Assembly: GCF_001194135.2 (NCBI RefSeq)
Contig: NC_068981.1
Location: forward strand, 14,074,670 to 14,109,766
Reading direction: 5' to 3'
Length of the DNA: 35,097 nucleotides
Source: Octopus bimaculoides
Lineage: Eukaryota
The notes beneath the pieces were generated by a model. That model ran no database searches, had not been told where the DNA came from, and was given only the letters and a program-made list of their open reading frames with translations. How positions within the stretch are numbered: position 1 is the first letter of the stretch; each line of letters opens with the position of its first letter. This document shows positions 23,365-35,097 of this stretch, one piece after another. The translations under genes and the position numbers were made by a program.

Positions 23365-24292
23365 CATACACGCACGCACACATACATGCACAAACGCTAA
23401 AACAAACATACATACATGTGTATGCTGAGTTGAAATCGGGGCTATATTTATTCCTTTTTCTTTCTTTCTTTCTTTCTTTTTTTTTTACATAACCCCTTAT
23501 ATGTCCTTCTCGTGTATTTGTAGCAGTAAATTTCTCTGGAATTAGCATTGGAAAAGTAGAGCACGTTGCGTTTTTGAATGCCGCATGTCAAAACGTACAG
23601 GAATTCTACATTCTGCATTCAGGAAAATATAATTCTGTGCAATGACACAGTAAAAAAAAAAAAAAAAAGAATAAGAAAAAAGAAATACACGAAAACGCAC
23701 GCTGGAAATCAGGAAGTAATTGATGGAACTATAAATAACAGATGCAACTCAAGAAATGGCGATTTTGAAGAGGAATTGCTACAGCTATAGATACACATTG
23801 ATGGTGATGGAATGACGAAATTTACTCTTCCGAACAAACTGCAACGAACTCATCCGAAATTATGCAAAAATAAATAAAACAGAAATATATAAAACAGCAA
23901 AAATGAACCTTATCTATTTTATAGTCTATTCACATACCTATATCCTCACACACAGACACGCATACACACATTATTAGAATGGAATCTCCTGCGACTTCGA
24001 AGTAAGAGGGACATATAGCTAATATTATAGCTGCTAAACTACCCACACAGCAGTCTTGTTTTTAATCCTGAAGGCCTGAGGTGTGTAAGATTTTGGAAAT
24101 GATAGCAGAAATTTAGTGCAAATGTTTACCACAAAATCCATAAACATCCTTAGCGTTTTCTTTTTTCTTTTTTCTTTTAGAGTTCTTCCATATCCTGAAT
24201 TAGATCTCTTCGCCACTGCTTAAGTTTCAATGTAACTTAGTGGAATAAATGCACACTTGGGCCTACACCAGAAATTTCTAATTCATTGTGAA

Positions 24293-24330
<38 letters not shown>

Positions 24331-24849
24331 ATGTATATAAATTGCCATTGACACTCTTGAGTTCAGACGCCTATTGACGGATTTTGGTTTCCATCCTACA
24401 GGCTGTCCAAAAGCCACACTACTCACAAAACGAACTTGGGGCTGTTACTGTTTTAATCACCCATGACTTACCGAGAAATAGGTTATACAGCGTTACAAGT
24501 TACCAGTGAGCGACGTAGATATTTCATTGAAGGAAATTGTCTTCCTACACTAACTTCTCACCTAATTTTTATCTAGTATTTATAGGTATACAACAATATG
24601 TGTGTATTTCTGTTCCTATGGGTATTTGTAATAGACATCTGGGTGGTACTGACCTGTGCAACTTGGCTGAACACGTCCATATTTTTGTAATTACCTTTTT
24701 GTTATTCTGGTGTTAGATGTAATGTGAAACTCGACTGTGTGAAAAATTAACCGTCGAGAATTAATCTTTGATGATTAACCATATATGTAATAATCAGTCT
24801 GATTTTATTTATAATAACTACAATATACAGTATATATTTATATATATGT

Positions 24850-25262
24850 TGGACTGGACATCTTATTAGTATAAAGGATAGCAAGATCCGTAACCAGATG
24901 CTATATGGAGAACTTGTTAATGGAAAAAGACCCCAGCAGAAACCAAGGCTGCGATTTATGGACTGTGTCAAGTCCTCATTAAAGACCTGTGATATGCACA
25001 GATGGAGGAAGCAGGTTAAGGAGTCGACATCTTTAAGAGAGCACATATTCTGCATGAAGAACTTAAGTGTGCTTCTCGAAAGTGCATCGCTGCTGTAATG
25101 AATAGGGAAAGCTTGGTGTGCAATGTGTAAGCTTGTCAAGAGCAGGGCTCATTAGCTACTAACGGAGCCTCAAATACAAAATATAAGTTAGTCCTCGAGA
25201 GCACAGTGTTCCTGAAGGTCAGCAATGGTCTTCCTCGGTCACCAGTGGATGACCATCATATG
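24850..25262 (+). mobile_element. 3' fragment of an RTE-clade LINE
   Basis: IRNQMLYGELVNGKRPQQKPRLRFMDCVKSSLK matches the RTE post-RT motif (KQLLYGELxxGKRxxGxPKKRFKD); then a degenerate CNVC...SRAG finger and a 3' end ggtcttcctcggtcaccagtggatgaccatcat. Confidence 0.8.
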
Positions 25263-28200
25263 AGAAAGAGTTATAAGGTGATACTGAAGCACTCAACTAT
25301 CAATCCACTTTGTCGTCTCATTTTCTAACTACTGTTCTGTACTCTGCTAGCGCTTCATTCTGAAATCTATCGAGTTCTACACCAGGGTTTTAGCATCGCA
25401 ATGCCTAAGCAAAATATATATCTATATGATTTACTGGACTAATTCTTTCCATGACAATACTAGCAGGTTCTGTGCTCTACACCATTCAAGTTAAATTATA
25501 AATGACAACGGAAAGCTACGCACATTGGCTCAGATATGCCTTGTGTATCTTGCACATAAAATGAAGATGTGAGAACCGGCACAAAATGAATTAAAGGAAG
25601 ATAATTCACGCATCCAAATAAAATAGTTACTTCAAAGAATATAATTGGGGGTTGAACATTGAAGCTAAAAGAGTGTAATAATTAAAAGTGTGATAACATT
25701 AAAGTTAGCGTAATTTTAAGAAGTGGATAACTTAGATATTTCTAGATGAAAGAGTAGTAAATGTAATTGAATAAAAATTGTTAAATGGGAGTAATTAAAA
25801 ATAGGGATACCATAAATGATACCTAATGTCGAACAGGAAAATTCCCGTTAGTGAGAATCAAAGGGAAGTAATTCATTACAAGGGGAGTAATTAAATTCAC
25901 AAATTACAGACTTGAAGCTAGATGTCATGATTCAAGTATCTTAGCAGTACAACCGCATATATTCTTAGTATAATCACGCGATTACTTTGGATAAATTTAT
26001 ATAAAGTGACTTGAGCGGAATCAATCCTGCAACGAGTACATATAATTTCTCATTCTACTAACGCAATATTTCTTTGTAATTGTGAATTACTTCATTCATG
26101 TAACACACTATTAGAGATATTATTGCGAATTATCTTAATTATCTTCATTTTCTACAGCGTCATAACATGATTTTATGTGCATATCTCACGCGATCTGAGT
26201 CAGCTAATGAAGTGATGGTCGGGCGTCATCTTGAATGTCAATTAGATTGCGCTTTTCATAAAACATTACAGTCTTCTAATGCATACAAGACACTGAACAT
26301 ACAAATAACAGTTTATATGGTATCGTGAATATATATATATATAATTATACTCTCCATATATATATGTTCGTATGTTTCTATAAAAATGTATCTATTTAAT
26401 CCACTGAATGCCTTATTCTCTCTTGTATCTGTGCAATCTCTTCAGTTTTCTTCGCTTCATTGGCCGCTCATCAAAACCATTTCTGGTTATTTCTATTCTG
26501 TTTCTTGTTTCTTTTTCTGCATAGCATTTCTCTTTTGCATATTCTTGAAGATAATTTATGCATTGCTAACCGAAACTTCTTTGTTCTCTCTCTGAAGAAA
26601 AGCAACGCCCGAAAAGTCAAAATAACCGTCAATCTCATTTGCATTTAATTTTTTTTTTTTATTTGACATATTTTATTAAATGGCTTTCGTAAACGAAAAC
26701 TACACCAATTTCATGGACGATGCACTCTAACTTCTTAAGCATTAAAATGTTGTCGCTGCTATTGTTTAGTGCAAGTCAGCTTGAGGAAGCAGACGTATTC
26801 TTTTAATTTGTTGCGATGTTTGCCTGAGAGACACGAACAGTAACCTGGAATGACCTCCAAGGGAAGTGCAATCGACACGGTTATGATAGTCTTGAGATGT
26901 TTAAATACTGCAGAAAAATATGGTCAGAGAATTACAGAAGCCCGATTTCTGAAAAATAAAAAGCGGGTATGGGCGTATTGATAAACGCTTGCATGAATGG
27001 AAACAATATGAATGCCCAGAGGAAAGAAAAAAAAAGACAATGGAAGATGGAGTACTTCAGTGGGTATGGTATAATACCAAGCAGTTCCATAAGTAGAGTG
27101 ATGAGGCAACACATTAACACATTGTGAACTGGAGGGTGTAGAGATTTGGTGATTGACTCTATAAACGTCAGTTTGGAGGAGATCTTATATTTTTAGTGCT
27201 ATCTATGATATCTGTGTGTAGCTGTATCAATGACCTACACATCGGAGTAGGTTTCCAGTCTCTGTCTTAACAAAGCTTTGCACAGAATTATCACTTAAGG
27301 GCTGCAGTTTTTTCTGAACTTAAAATCGTTGCTGTATTCAGGAACTACGTCCGCACTCAGAGGACTTCAGTAGCAACGATAAGTTTTGTAATTGTGTGAT
27401 ATTCATTTTTGGTAGGAACTGCATGCGATATTTTGTGAACGTGTTTATTGGTTGCTTGTTTGCCCTTCCGAAACAGTGAATATTGCAAGACTCAATTGGT
27501 GCATGATTTTGAAGACCCTGTTTGTAGAATAATTGCAGGTTTCGTGTGAAGCATGCGGATTATGTTTGGTAATAAGCATCAAGCTTTGTAATAAGTATCA
27601 GGCTTTAAAAAAATATGCACAGGGGTAGATTTATCTGCAGTTCAATGATTGAAACAAACAAGTAAGAGATACCAGTACTATATAACAGACTAAAGTGCAG
27701 ATCATTGAGACAGTACCATCAGTTACACACTACATTTAATTGAGAGTTAGTAATCCAAGTAGCGGGAGAAAGCTGACGGCCATAAGCAGACAATATTGAT
27801 GATGAAATCGCATACATGGAATGGCTGATGTTTTACTTGTATTGAATGTGACAACAATATTCCTACCTAATTTCTCGAGGTGTTTGACAAAGTGTAGATA
27901 CTTAATTGATAAGATTTTACGAAAACCCCGGGCGTTCAAATATAATCAACTCCTTCAACATAGTAGCATTTAATTAACCGAGAAAAATGAATTACGAATT
28001 ATAAAACGAAAAATATTTCTTGTCATTTGCACGAAATAGCTGAATGTGTGTGTGTGTGTGTGTGCGTGTGTGTGTGTGTGTACTTTTTTTTAATACAAGA
28101 TTATGAGATGCCATATCAGGTGATTTCACAGATTCATACCTTGAAGCGCCGTATATGTTTACATTTAGTTTAGTATGATACGCGGAGAGCGAAACCCCAG

Positions 28201-29268
28201 CTTATACACACACACTTATATGTACGTCATTTATGTATATAAATATACACACATGTATATATGTGTGGGGGGAGGCACGTTCCTGCGTGGATGAATAGAT
28301 GCTTGTGAATGTGTGTATTTAAGAAGCTTCTACTGCAACGACGCAGACTCGAGTTCGTTGTCACGGTGGAGCAATTATGATATCTGTCATAACATTGATA
28401 TAGCAACATGTAAATGAAGTTTGCTAAACTGAAATTGTCCAGAAACTCTCAAACGATATATATATATATGCACTTGTATATGTTTCCATCATGCTGGAGG
28501 TTAAAAAATAGTTGTTTTGTAAGAACATGCCTTGTGGTCTGAAGTTTCGCATTAGTTAGTTACATCGCACGTGCGCCTTACGTTTTGCCTTCAAAAATCA
28601 ATGAAACAAATATCGAAGTTCTACAGATCACTATAATCGAATAAAGCCCTTAAAGGCCGAGCCCTCACAATGACCGCAGTCCATTGGCAGACATTAGCGA
28701 AATAATATAATAATGAAATGATACAAATCACTAGAAATGCTACGAACACCGTTTTTTGTAAGTATTACCAAAATAGTATAGTTAAATTAACAGACAACAC
28801 TGCGTCTTTGAGTCAACCTGGTATTCTGTTAAACTGTATACATCAATAACAGTTCCAATTATTCTTCAATCATTGTAGCTGAAGGCACATAATTGTCAGT
28901 GGCTGTTGTTTTCTGTCTCATTTTTTTTCGTTTTTTTCCCCCCAGTTATCTGCCATTATAGTATTTCTCTTTTCTTTTATTCGCCTGTGTTCAACAATTT
29001 TGTCCTTCTGGTAATTAAGTGCAGACAAATATTTATAAGCAAACGCTCAAACACAGACGCATAAATCATACATATACACATACGCGTGTGTATGTGTATC
29101 TGTGCACATGCGTGTATGTGTGTGTGTGTGTGTGTGTGCGTGAGAGTGTGTGTGCATGTGTGTATATGTGTATTTTCCTCTTTTCCTTGTTTCAGTCATT
29201 AGACTGCGGCCATGCTTGGACACTGCTGTGAAGAATTCTTCTACGCATATATACATACATGTATAAAT

Positions 29269-29338
<70 letters not shown>

Positions 29339-29340
29339 GT

Positions 29341-29754
29341 GTGGAGGAGATGTCTTCCTGGGGCTAGAAACAATAGTAGCACTCTCCTGTACAGCACGCC
29401 ACACTTAGCTGGAAGATATATGTTACGATTCCGTACTGCTACTGTTTATACCTCGCTCAGAGATTTAATAGAACTCATCTCTCTCTTTTACATTACCAGT
29501 GACAGTGAGTCGCTAGAAAAGTATATAGCAATTTGCGAGTGGAATGAGCTTTCATTACTAGCTATTGATTAATACACGCTGAGGATGGGTAACCACCCAG
29601 AAACACGAGTCCGTGTGTATCATTAGAGATGGGAGCTATGACCTGCTCAGCAAATACTATTCGGACACAGACTGTATGTCGTTAGACAGCTTTGGGCTAT
29701 AAACAACAGTAGCCCTGTCCTGTATAGGATGACACACTTAGTTGGCAAATATAT
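29341..29754 (+). mobile_element. Retrozyme-like element: about 1.2 units of a 333-bp monomer containing a type I hammerhead, flanked by (TA)n
   Basis: Direct repeat 29361-29421 vs 29694-29754 (50/61 identical by my count, no gaps). No coding capacity I can recognise. Confidence 0.75.
29562..29626 (+). ncRNA. Complete type I hammerhead ribozyme, predicted cleavage after GUC (C29611)
   Basis: ACACG (29574-78), CUGAGGA (29579-85), UGGGU-aacc-ACCCA (29586-99), GAAA (29600-03), C-acga-G, U-C (29610-11), CGUGU (29612-16). Stem I extends with U.G and A-U, a 2-nt bulge, UGAU/AUCA and CUA/UAG. Confidence 0.9.
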
Positions 29755-30831
29755 ATATATATATCATATGCATATCTATATTTTNNNNNNNNNNNNNNNN
29801 NNNNNNNNNNNNNNNNNNNNNNNNNNNNNNNNNNNNNNNNNNNNNNNNNNNNNNNNNNNNNNNNNNNNNNNNNNNNNNNNNNNNNNNNNNNNNNNNNNNN
29901 NNNNNNNNNNNNNNNNNNNNNNNNNNNNNNNNNNNNNNNNNNNNNNNNNNNNNNNNNNNNNNNNNNNNNNNNNNNNNNNNNNNNNNNNNNNNNNNNNNNN
30001 NNNNNNNNNNNNNNNNNNNNNNNNNNNNNNNNNNNNNNNNNNNNNNNNNNNNNNNNNNNNNNNNNNNNNNNNNNNNNNNNNNNNNNNNNNNNNNNNNNNN
30101 NNNNNNNNNATATAATTATGTGTATTTCTTCTATCTTTTTGACAATGAATTCAAAGTTTCGGTTTCCCGTTAGCAAACTGTTGAGCTACTTAAATTTTTC
30201 AGTTGAAAATTTACTTAAAGCAAGTCTTGAACACTAACAACAAATTTGACCTCCACTTGACCTATGCGTTCATGAAAATTGAAGCAGCCACACTTGTTTA
30301 TTAGTAATTTGTTTATAAGCCTAAAATTATACCATACCATTTTAACCTCTTACACTAACGAAACTATATAACATATTCTGATTCGTCTTTAAAAAACCTT
30401 CAACCAACACAAACTTTGACCCCAAAGTGACATATCTAACTTGCAGCACCCAATTTTGCATTCATGCTTGTCACAACCAAAACACTAATAGCGCAACGAA
30501 GGAATTTCGCTTTCATTTAACCAACTAACTGTTGCTTCCAAAGAACACAAACTTATTTTGCCAAACCAGAAATATTATATTATTATTTTTTCTTCCAAAC
30601 ACAGTAATGTGTCACCATATCGCCGTTCACCTATCGCGCACACTGTACGTTGCGGATTTTTTTTGGCTCATATATGTAAATTTATATCGCAGACTCCTCA
30701 GTATATTGTGGGTTTCTGCGGTCGATAGGCAGTTCGATAAGATTCGATGACCCATATTAATCTAAGTCTTATGGTGGCATGAGAACCGAAACTTTGAAAT
30801 TACAGTAAACTTTTCCTGTGTTTGTTTGCAA

Positions 30832-30965
30832 GTACACTTACATTAAATATGTGCGTGTATATGTTTGTACACTTACATTAAATATGTGCGTGTATACGTT
30901 TGTACACTTACATTAAATATGTGCGTGTATATGTTTGTACACTTACGTTAAATATGTGTGCGTAC
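30832..30965. repeat. Minisatellite, 35-bp unit, about 3.8 copies
   Basis: gtacacttacattaaatatgtgcgtgtatatgttt starts at 30832, 30867, 30902 and 30937. Confidence 0.97.
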
Positions 30966-31321
30966 ATGCAGGTGTGTATGTGTGTGAGAGAGTGTGTGAA
31001 AAATGGGTTCCGTCGCCTTCGACGACGCAAATTTGTTTGATCAAGTCAATGACCTGCTCATTGAATTAACGGGCAAGTTGGTGAGCATTCCTACATGTTT
31101 ATCCACCATCCGCAGGACACTGTGTGATACACATGTGATTTTGAAATAAACAATCCATCTGACGATAAATTCATCTGTTGTCTTCTTCCCATTATCTCTC
31201 ACAAGTGATAAACCGACTCACGAGTATAGAAAGTGACATTCGCTCACGCTGCCGCTTAGTTAGATGGAACGCAAGATGTCGTATTTTCAAAGTAAACATT
31301 TAAACCACTCGACTAGAAATA

Positions 31322-31486
<165 letters not shown>

Positions 31487-31720
31487 AAGGCGGTAAGCTG
31501 GCAGAAACGTTAGCACGCAGGATGATATGCTTAGCGTTATTTCTTCTGCCGTTACGTTCTGAGTTCAAATTTCGCCGAGGTCGATTTCGCCATTCATCCT
31601 TTCAGCGTCGATAAATTAAGTACCAGTTACGCACTGGAGTCGATGTAATCGACTTAATCCCATTGTCTGTCCTTGTTTGTCCCTTCTATGTTTAGCCCCT
31701 TGTGAGCAATGAAGAAATAA
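31487..31720 (+). mobile_element. tRNA-derived SINE, same family as 7158; a further decayed head at about 31740-31900
   Basis: aaggcggtaagctggcagaaacgttagcacg...gttctgagttcaaatttcgccgaggtcg...aagtaccagttacgcactgg. Confidence 0.9.
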
Positions 31721-33460
31721 GAAACGATAGCACTGTAGATGGAATGTTCGGTGGTAATTAGCCCGTTACTACGTTCAAAGTTCAAATTCCGCCCTGGTCA
31801 ACTTAGCTTTTCCAACCTTTTAGGATTAATAGAAATAAAACTCAGTGATGCTATACTATACACAACTAACCTACTTTCCCTAAAATTACTAGTCATGTAC
31901 CACAATTTGAAAGAGTTAATATCATAGTTGTTTTCGTTATTAATGTTATCACTATTCTTCTTGTTTTTGACATATTACCTTCAAATCATCACCAATACAA
32001 CTAATAGTTGTTTCTATCAATACAAAGAAATTTCGAGGAATTAATCGATTAAAGTGAGCCCATTCTTTCGCTGGTAATTTATTTTACGATTGGAAATATA
32101 TTTTATCAAGACCATAGAGATTTAATGTCAAAAGAAGACCTCGGCGATATTTGAACTCAAAATATTATGGGCAACTGAAGAAAACTGAGTAGTTAATACA
32201 TATTTTGTATGCTGTATTAAAAGAAATTCATTTGAGTCTCTCCCACCAAAAAAATATACAATACTCAAAGCACAGTAATAATTGTACTGTTTGTATTGAT
32301 ATGTAACCACCCCGATGATATCGTAGCAATATCGAAAAGAAAAACGATCATCCAACAAGTTTCTCAACTCGCATTCTTAAATTGAAATGATTCACTAGAT
32401 CTTCCTCCAGACATAAACATGTTATGCGTGTAATTAAATGTATATCTAAATTAATATATCTCGACGAATATCGTGAAATGTATGCTTATTTATAAATCAA
32501 TTTGGAAACCTTTTGTTATTAGAAAATTTTCTGTGGCGATATCGAGACAGAATGGTGAACTATAGAATTCTCTAGCTGAAAATATTGAATCAAATTCCTC
32601 AGGTATTTTCATATCTTTTGCAAAATAATTATTTAAACATAGACATATTGACATCCGAAACTACAATCTATTTTATGAATCTTTGAGAATGTGTCTCCAA
32701 TTCGTCGATTTTGAAAAACCAAATAAAAGAGAAATATTAATATTCGGTTCTAAAGATCGTTTTGTTTTTGTAGAATAGCAGCGCTGTAGGCAAACATGGA
32801 AATTTCTTTTGATATGTGTGTTGGCAATTTATTTCCAACAAATAATAAACATAAAGTTTTTTTTATTATTTACGAATGACCTACAGGTATCGTATACTTA
32901 AAAAAAAAATATCAAGCTATATATCGTTTCCAAATAAGAGATTAAGGCGAAAAAAACATTAATAGCTACCATTGATAGCCATCGATACAAATATGAACAG
33001 AAAGAAAACGTATTTATACTTACAATGATATTCATGTCTAGATGTATTTTTGTTTTTATTATACTTTAAATGGATCGGTATATTTTTAAATGTGCATGCC
33101 TCAATCTGCATAAACAATCGTAAAATATTGAGTATCTATGAGATCAGACAAATATACAAACGTACATACACGCATACATAAATAAACACAATTAAGAATA
33201 TAACTGTCTATATCGGTATCTATGCTACGTGCCACTATAGCAGGTAACATAAATATATCTTTGTCTACATATTTGTACATATACAAATTTACACTGCGGC
33301 ACACACTCCCTGCGTTTCTGTCCCTCTCACTTTANNNNNNNNNNTATAATAGTCTACACAATTTTCTACTCCCCAGTCTCATCTGCACCTCTAGATACCA
33401 CTAAATTTGGAAGACTTACTTCTTTGGAATGTATAAAACAAACGCTACCATCATTTACCA

Positions 33461-33545
33461 ACTTCCGGTCAAATTATATGAGAGCCAATTATGACGTCAC
33501 GGATGCTATACAAGGGTGTGCTCAACGAGAAAAAAGCCTTTAGTT
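33461..33545 (+). promoter_or_regulatory. Probable Pol II promoter-like motif cluster
   Basis: ACTTCCGGT (perfect ETS site, 33461-69), gCCAAT (33485-89), TGACGTCA (full CRE, 33492-99), TATACA (33507-12), TTAGTT Inr-like (33540-45), all within 85 bp of non-repeat sequence. Confidence 0.5.
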
Positions 33546-33725
33546 CAACAGCGGTTATTGCGGTGACTAGTAATATCGTTGCACCGCAGTAGAGCATGTG
33601 CTGTAAATTACATATATTTTGAAAACATTAGGTTTATTTTCTCTTAGTTTCTTTAATTCACGAAAGCATATTCAAAGCACTGCGCAGATCAAGACTGATC
33701 TTTTGCATTCTAACATTATACACAC

Positions 33726-33761
<36 letters not shown>

Positions 33762-33764
<3 letters not shown>

Positions 33765-33952
33765 TGTTTCAGTTATTTAACAGCGGCCATGCTTGAGACA
33801 CTGCCTTTAGTCGAACAAATCGAACCCAGGAATTATTCTTTGTAAGCCTTGTACCTAATCTATCGAACTCCTTTGCAGAACCGCTAAGTTACGGGGACGT
33901 AAGCATTCCAACATCGGTTGTCAAGCGATGGTGGGGTGAAAAACACAGACAT

Positions 33953-33989
<37 letters not shown>

Positions 33990-34183
33990 AACACACACAC
34001 ACACACATACACACACACATATATATATGACGGGCTCCTTTGTGTTTCATTCTGCTGAATCCACTCATAAGGCTTTGGTCGACACAAGGCTACAATAGAA
34101 ATCACGTATCCAAGGTTCCCTGCAGTAGGATTGAACCCGGGAACACGTGGTTAGTAAGCAAACTACTTACCACCCAGCCACTC
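33762..34183 (-). mobile_element. tRNA-derived composite SINE, same family as 2643
   Basis: Minus strand: gagtggctgggtggtaagtagtttgc...ggttcaatcc...ggaaccttggatacgtg...caacc gatgttggaatgctttacgtccccgtaac. Confidence 0.88.
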
Positions 34184-34239
34184 ATATATATATATATATA
34201 TATATATATANNNNNNNNNNATATATATATGCATATATA

Positions 34240-35089
34240 CATACGTTTATGTACATACTTACATCTATACTTATATGCATATGTGGGCACAGGGCGTCAT
34301 GAAACGTGTACAACATAAAAATACGAAGTACGAGTACATGGAATATGAACTAGCTTTCGGACAACGAAATATAAAAAAGGAAAACAAGACAAACAACATA
34401 AAGAACGACCGTTCATCAGTTGTTGGCTGTTTTTCTACTCTCGTACTTTGAACATTTAACTACGATATAGGCCTTCGATAAAACAGTTGCTCTCTCAAAG
34501 CAAATTAAATAAAATTTGGTATTTTGCGGAGGGTAAAAATTGGTAACACAAACAGGACAGTGAAAACAAACAGGAAGGGCTGCTAAGCCTATACGAGGTT
34601 GTGGTGACGAATGCATAAATCAAGCTTGGACAGGAGACAGACTAGAACACGTCTTCCTTGTTCTATTTACAACGGAGAGAAAGAATCACAAGTTAGGAGA
34701 AGAAAGAAAGATGGCCGGTTGTCACATGGGAGCCATGTGAGCATGGGAGGAGGAGTGAGGTAGAGAGAGTGACAGAGTAATAGGATAGAATACTGGGAGA
34801 AGAGGTGGTAAAAGAATAAGTCTGAGAAAAAGGAAAAAACGAATGAGTATAAAGATCCTATAGAGTGCGCATCGGAATTATCAAGATAAAACTTACTTGG
34901 ATGCGCGGCGTTCAATCATAGAATAATATAAATAATATATGTATGCATATATAGGTACTATATGTACATACTTACATCTACACGTGTACAACAAAAAGTT
35001 ACGTGGTAAGAGTACATGGAATATGAACTATTTTTTGGAACGAAAGACACAAATAGAAAACAAGACAAAAGAACGACCCTTCATCAATT
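34240..35089 (-). mobile_element. Partial tandem (about 670-bp period) of a diverged relative of the permuted-hammerhead repeat
   Basis: Segment 34240-34420 recurs at 34955-35089 (tcatca at 34413 and 35081). Minus strand has ggcctatatcg...gttc-aaag-tac...caacaa-CTGATGA-acgg, in the same order as the 5666 motif; the upstream flank is homologous to 5553-5665. Confidence 0.7.
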
Positions 35090-35097
35090 ATATATAT

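Noticed and set aside
23790-23858. Minus-strand peptide MSSLQFVRKSKFRH resembling the coronin N-terminus
   Set aside because: Similarity stops at once (no VFG motif, no splice donor) and a stop codon follows within nine codons.
24181-24250. Strong polypyrimidine acceptor, VLPYPELDLFATA* and a downstream AATAAA; similar candidates at about 14523, 26159, 27477 (+) and 26590-26400, 4924 (-)
   Set aside because: Splice-like signals are common in AT-rich DNA, no peptide is recognisable, and the candidates do not join into a coherent gene; RNA-seq would be needed.
26830-27110. Frameshifted protein-like stretch (WNDLQGKC...IKSGYGRIDKRLHEWKQY), possibly an old RTE linker region
   Set aside because: Similarity is too weak to call by eye; needs tBLASTn/HMM against LINE ORF2.
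30665-30756. Minus strand UGGGU-C ... CGCA-GAAA-CCCA ... CUGAGGA-GUC-UGCG, an A-C-B order like the rearranged hammerhead
   Set aside because: Stem III pairs well (5 bp), but stem I has no complementarity and stem II needs three extra bases after the core. No second copy is in the window. Worth including in a descriptor search but not supportable.

Overview
Eukaryotic, very repeat-rich, AT-rich animal DNA with seven assembly gaps. The SINE families and extreme microsatellite load look like an Octopus (cephalopod) genome; this is recognition from memory, not a database result. I cannot support any host protein-coding gene. Almost all ORFs in the track are microsatellite or N-run artefacts, and the real coding remnants are transposon debris: a Tx1-like LINE, two R4/Dong-like RLE LINE pieces, an RTE LINE 3' end and an internally deleted DD37D (maT) Tc1/mariner element. 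About ten tRNA-derived SINE copies are present. The main signal is RNA structure: the window is dense in hammerhead ribozyme (HHR) motifs from several Penelope-like/retrozyme-type repeat families. (1) A complete type I HHR at 29562-29626 lies inside a 333-bp-period partial tandem repeat. (2) A complete HHR core at 5666-5725 has its three strands in a non-circularly permuted order, with decayed relatives at about 13.4 kb and 34.4-35.1 kb. (3) Minimal Penelope-type HHRs in various states of decay occur at about 2.3-2.4 kb, 16.7/16.9 kb (inverted pair), 20.4 kb and possibly 9.6 kb. A promoter-like motif cluster (ETS, CCAAT, CRE, TATA-like) lies at about 33.46-33.55 kb.
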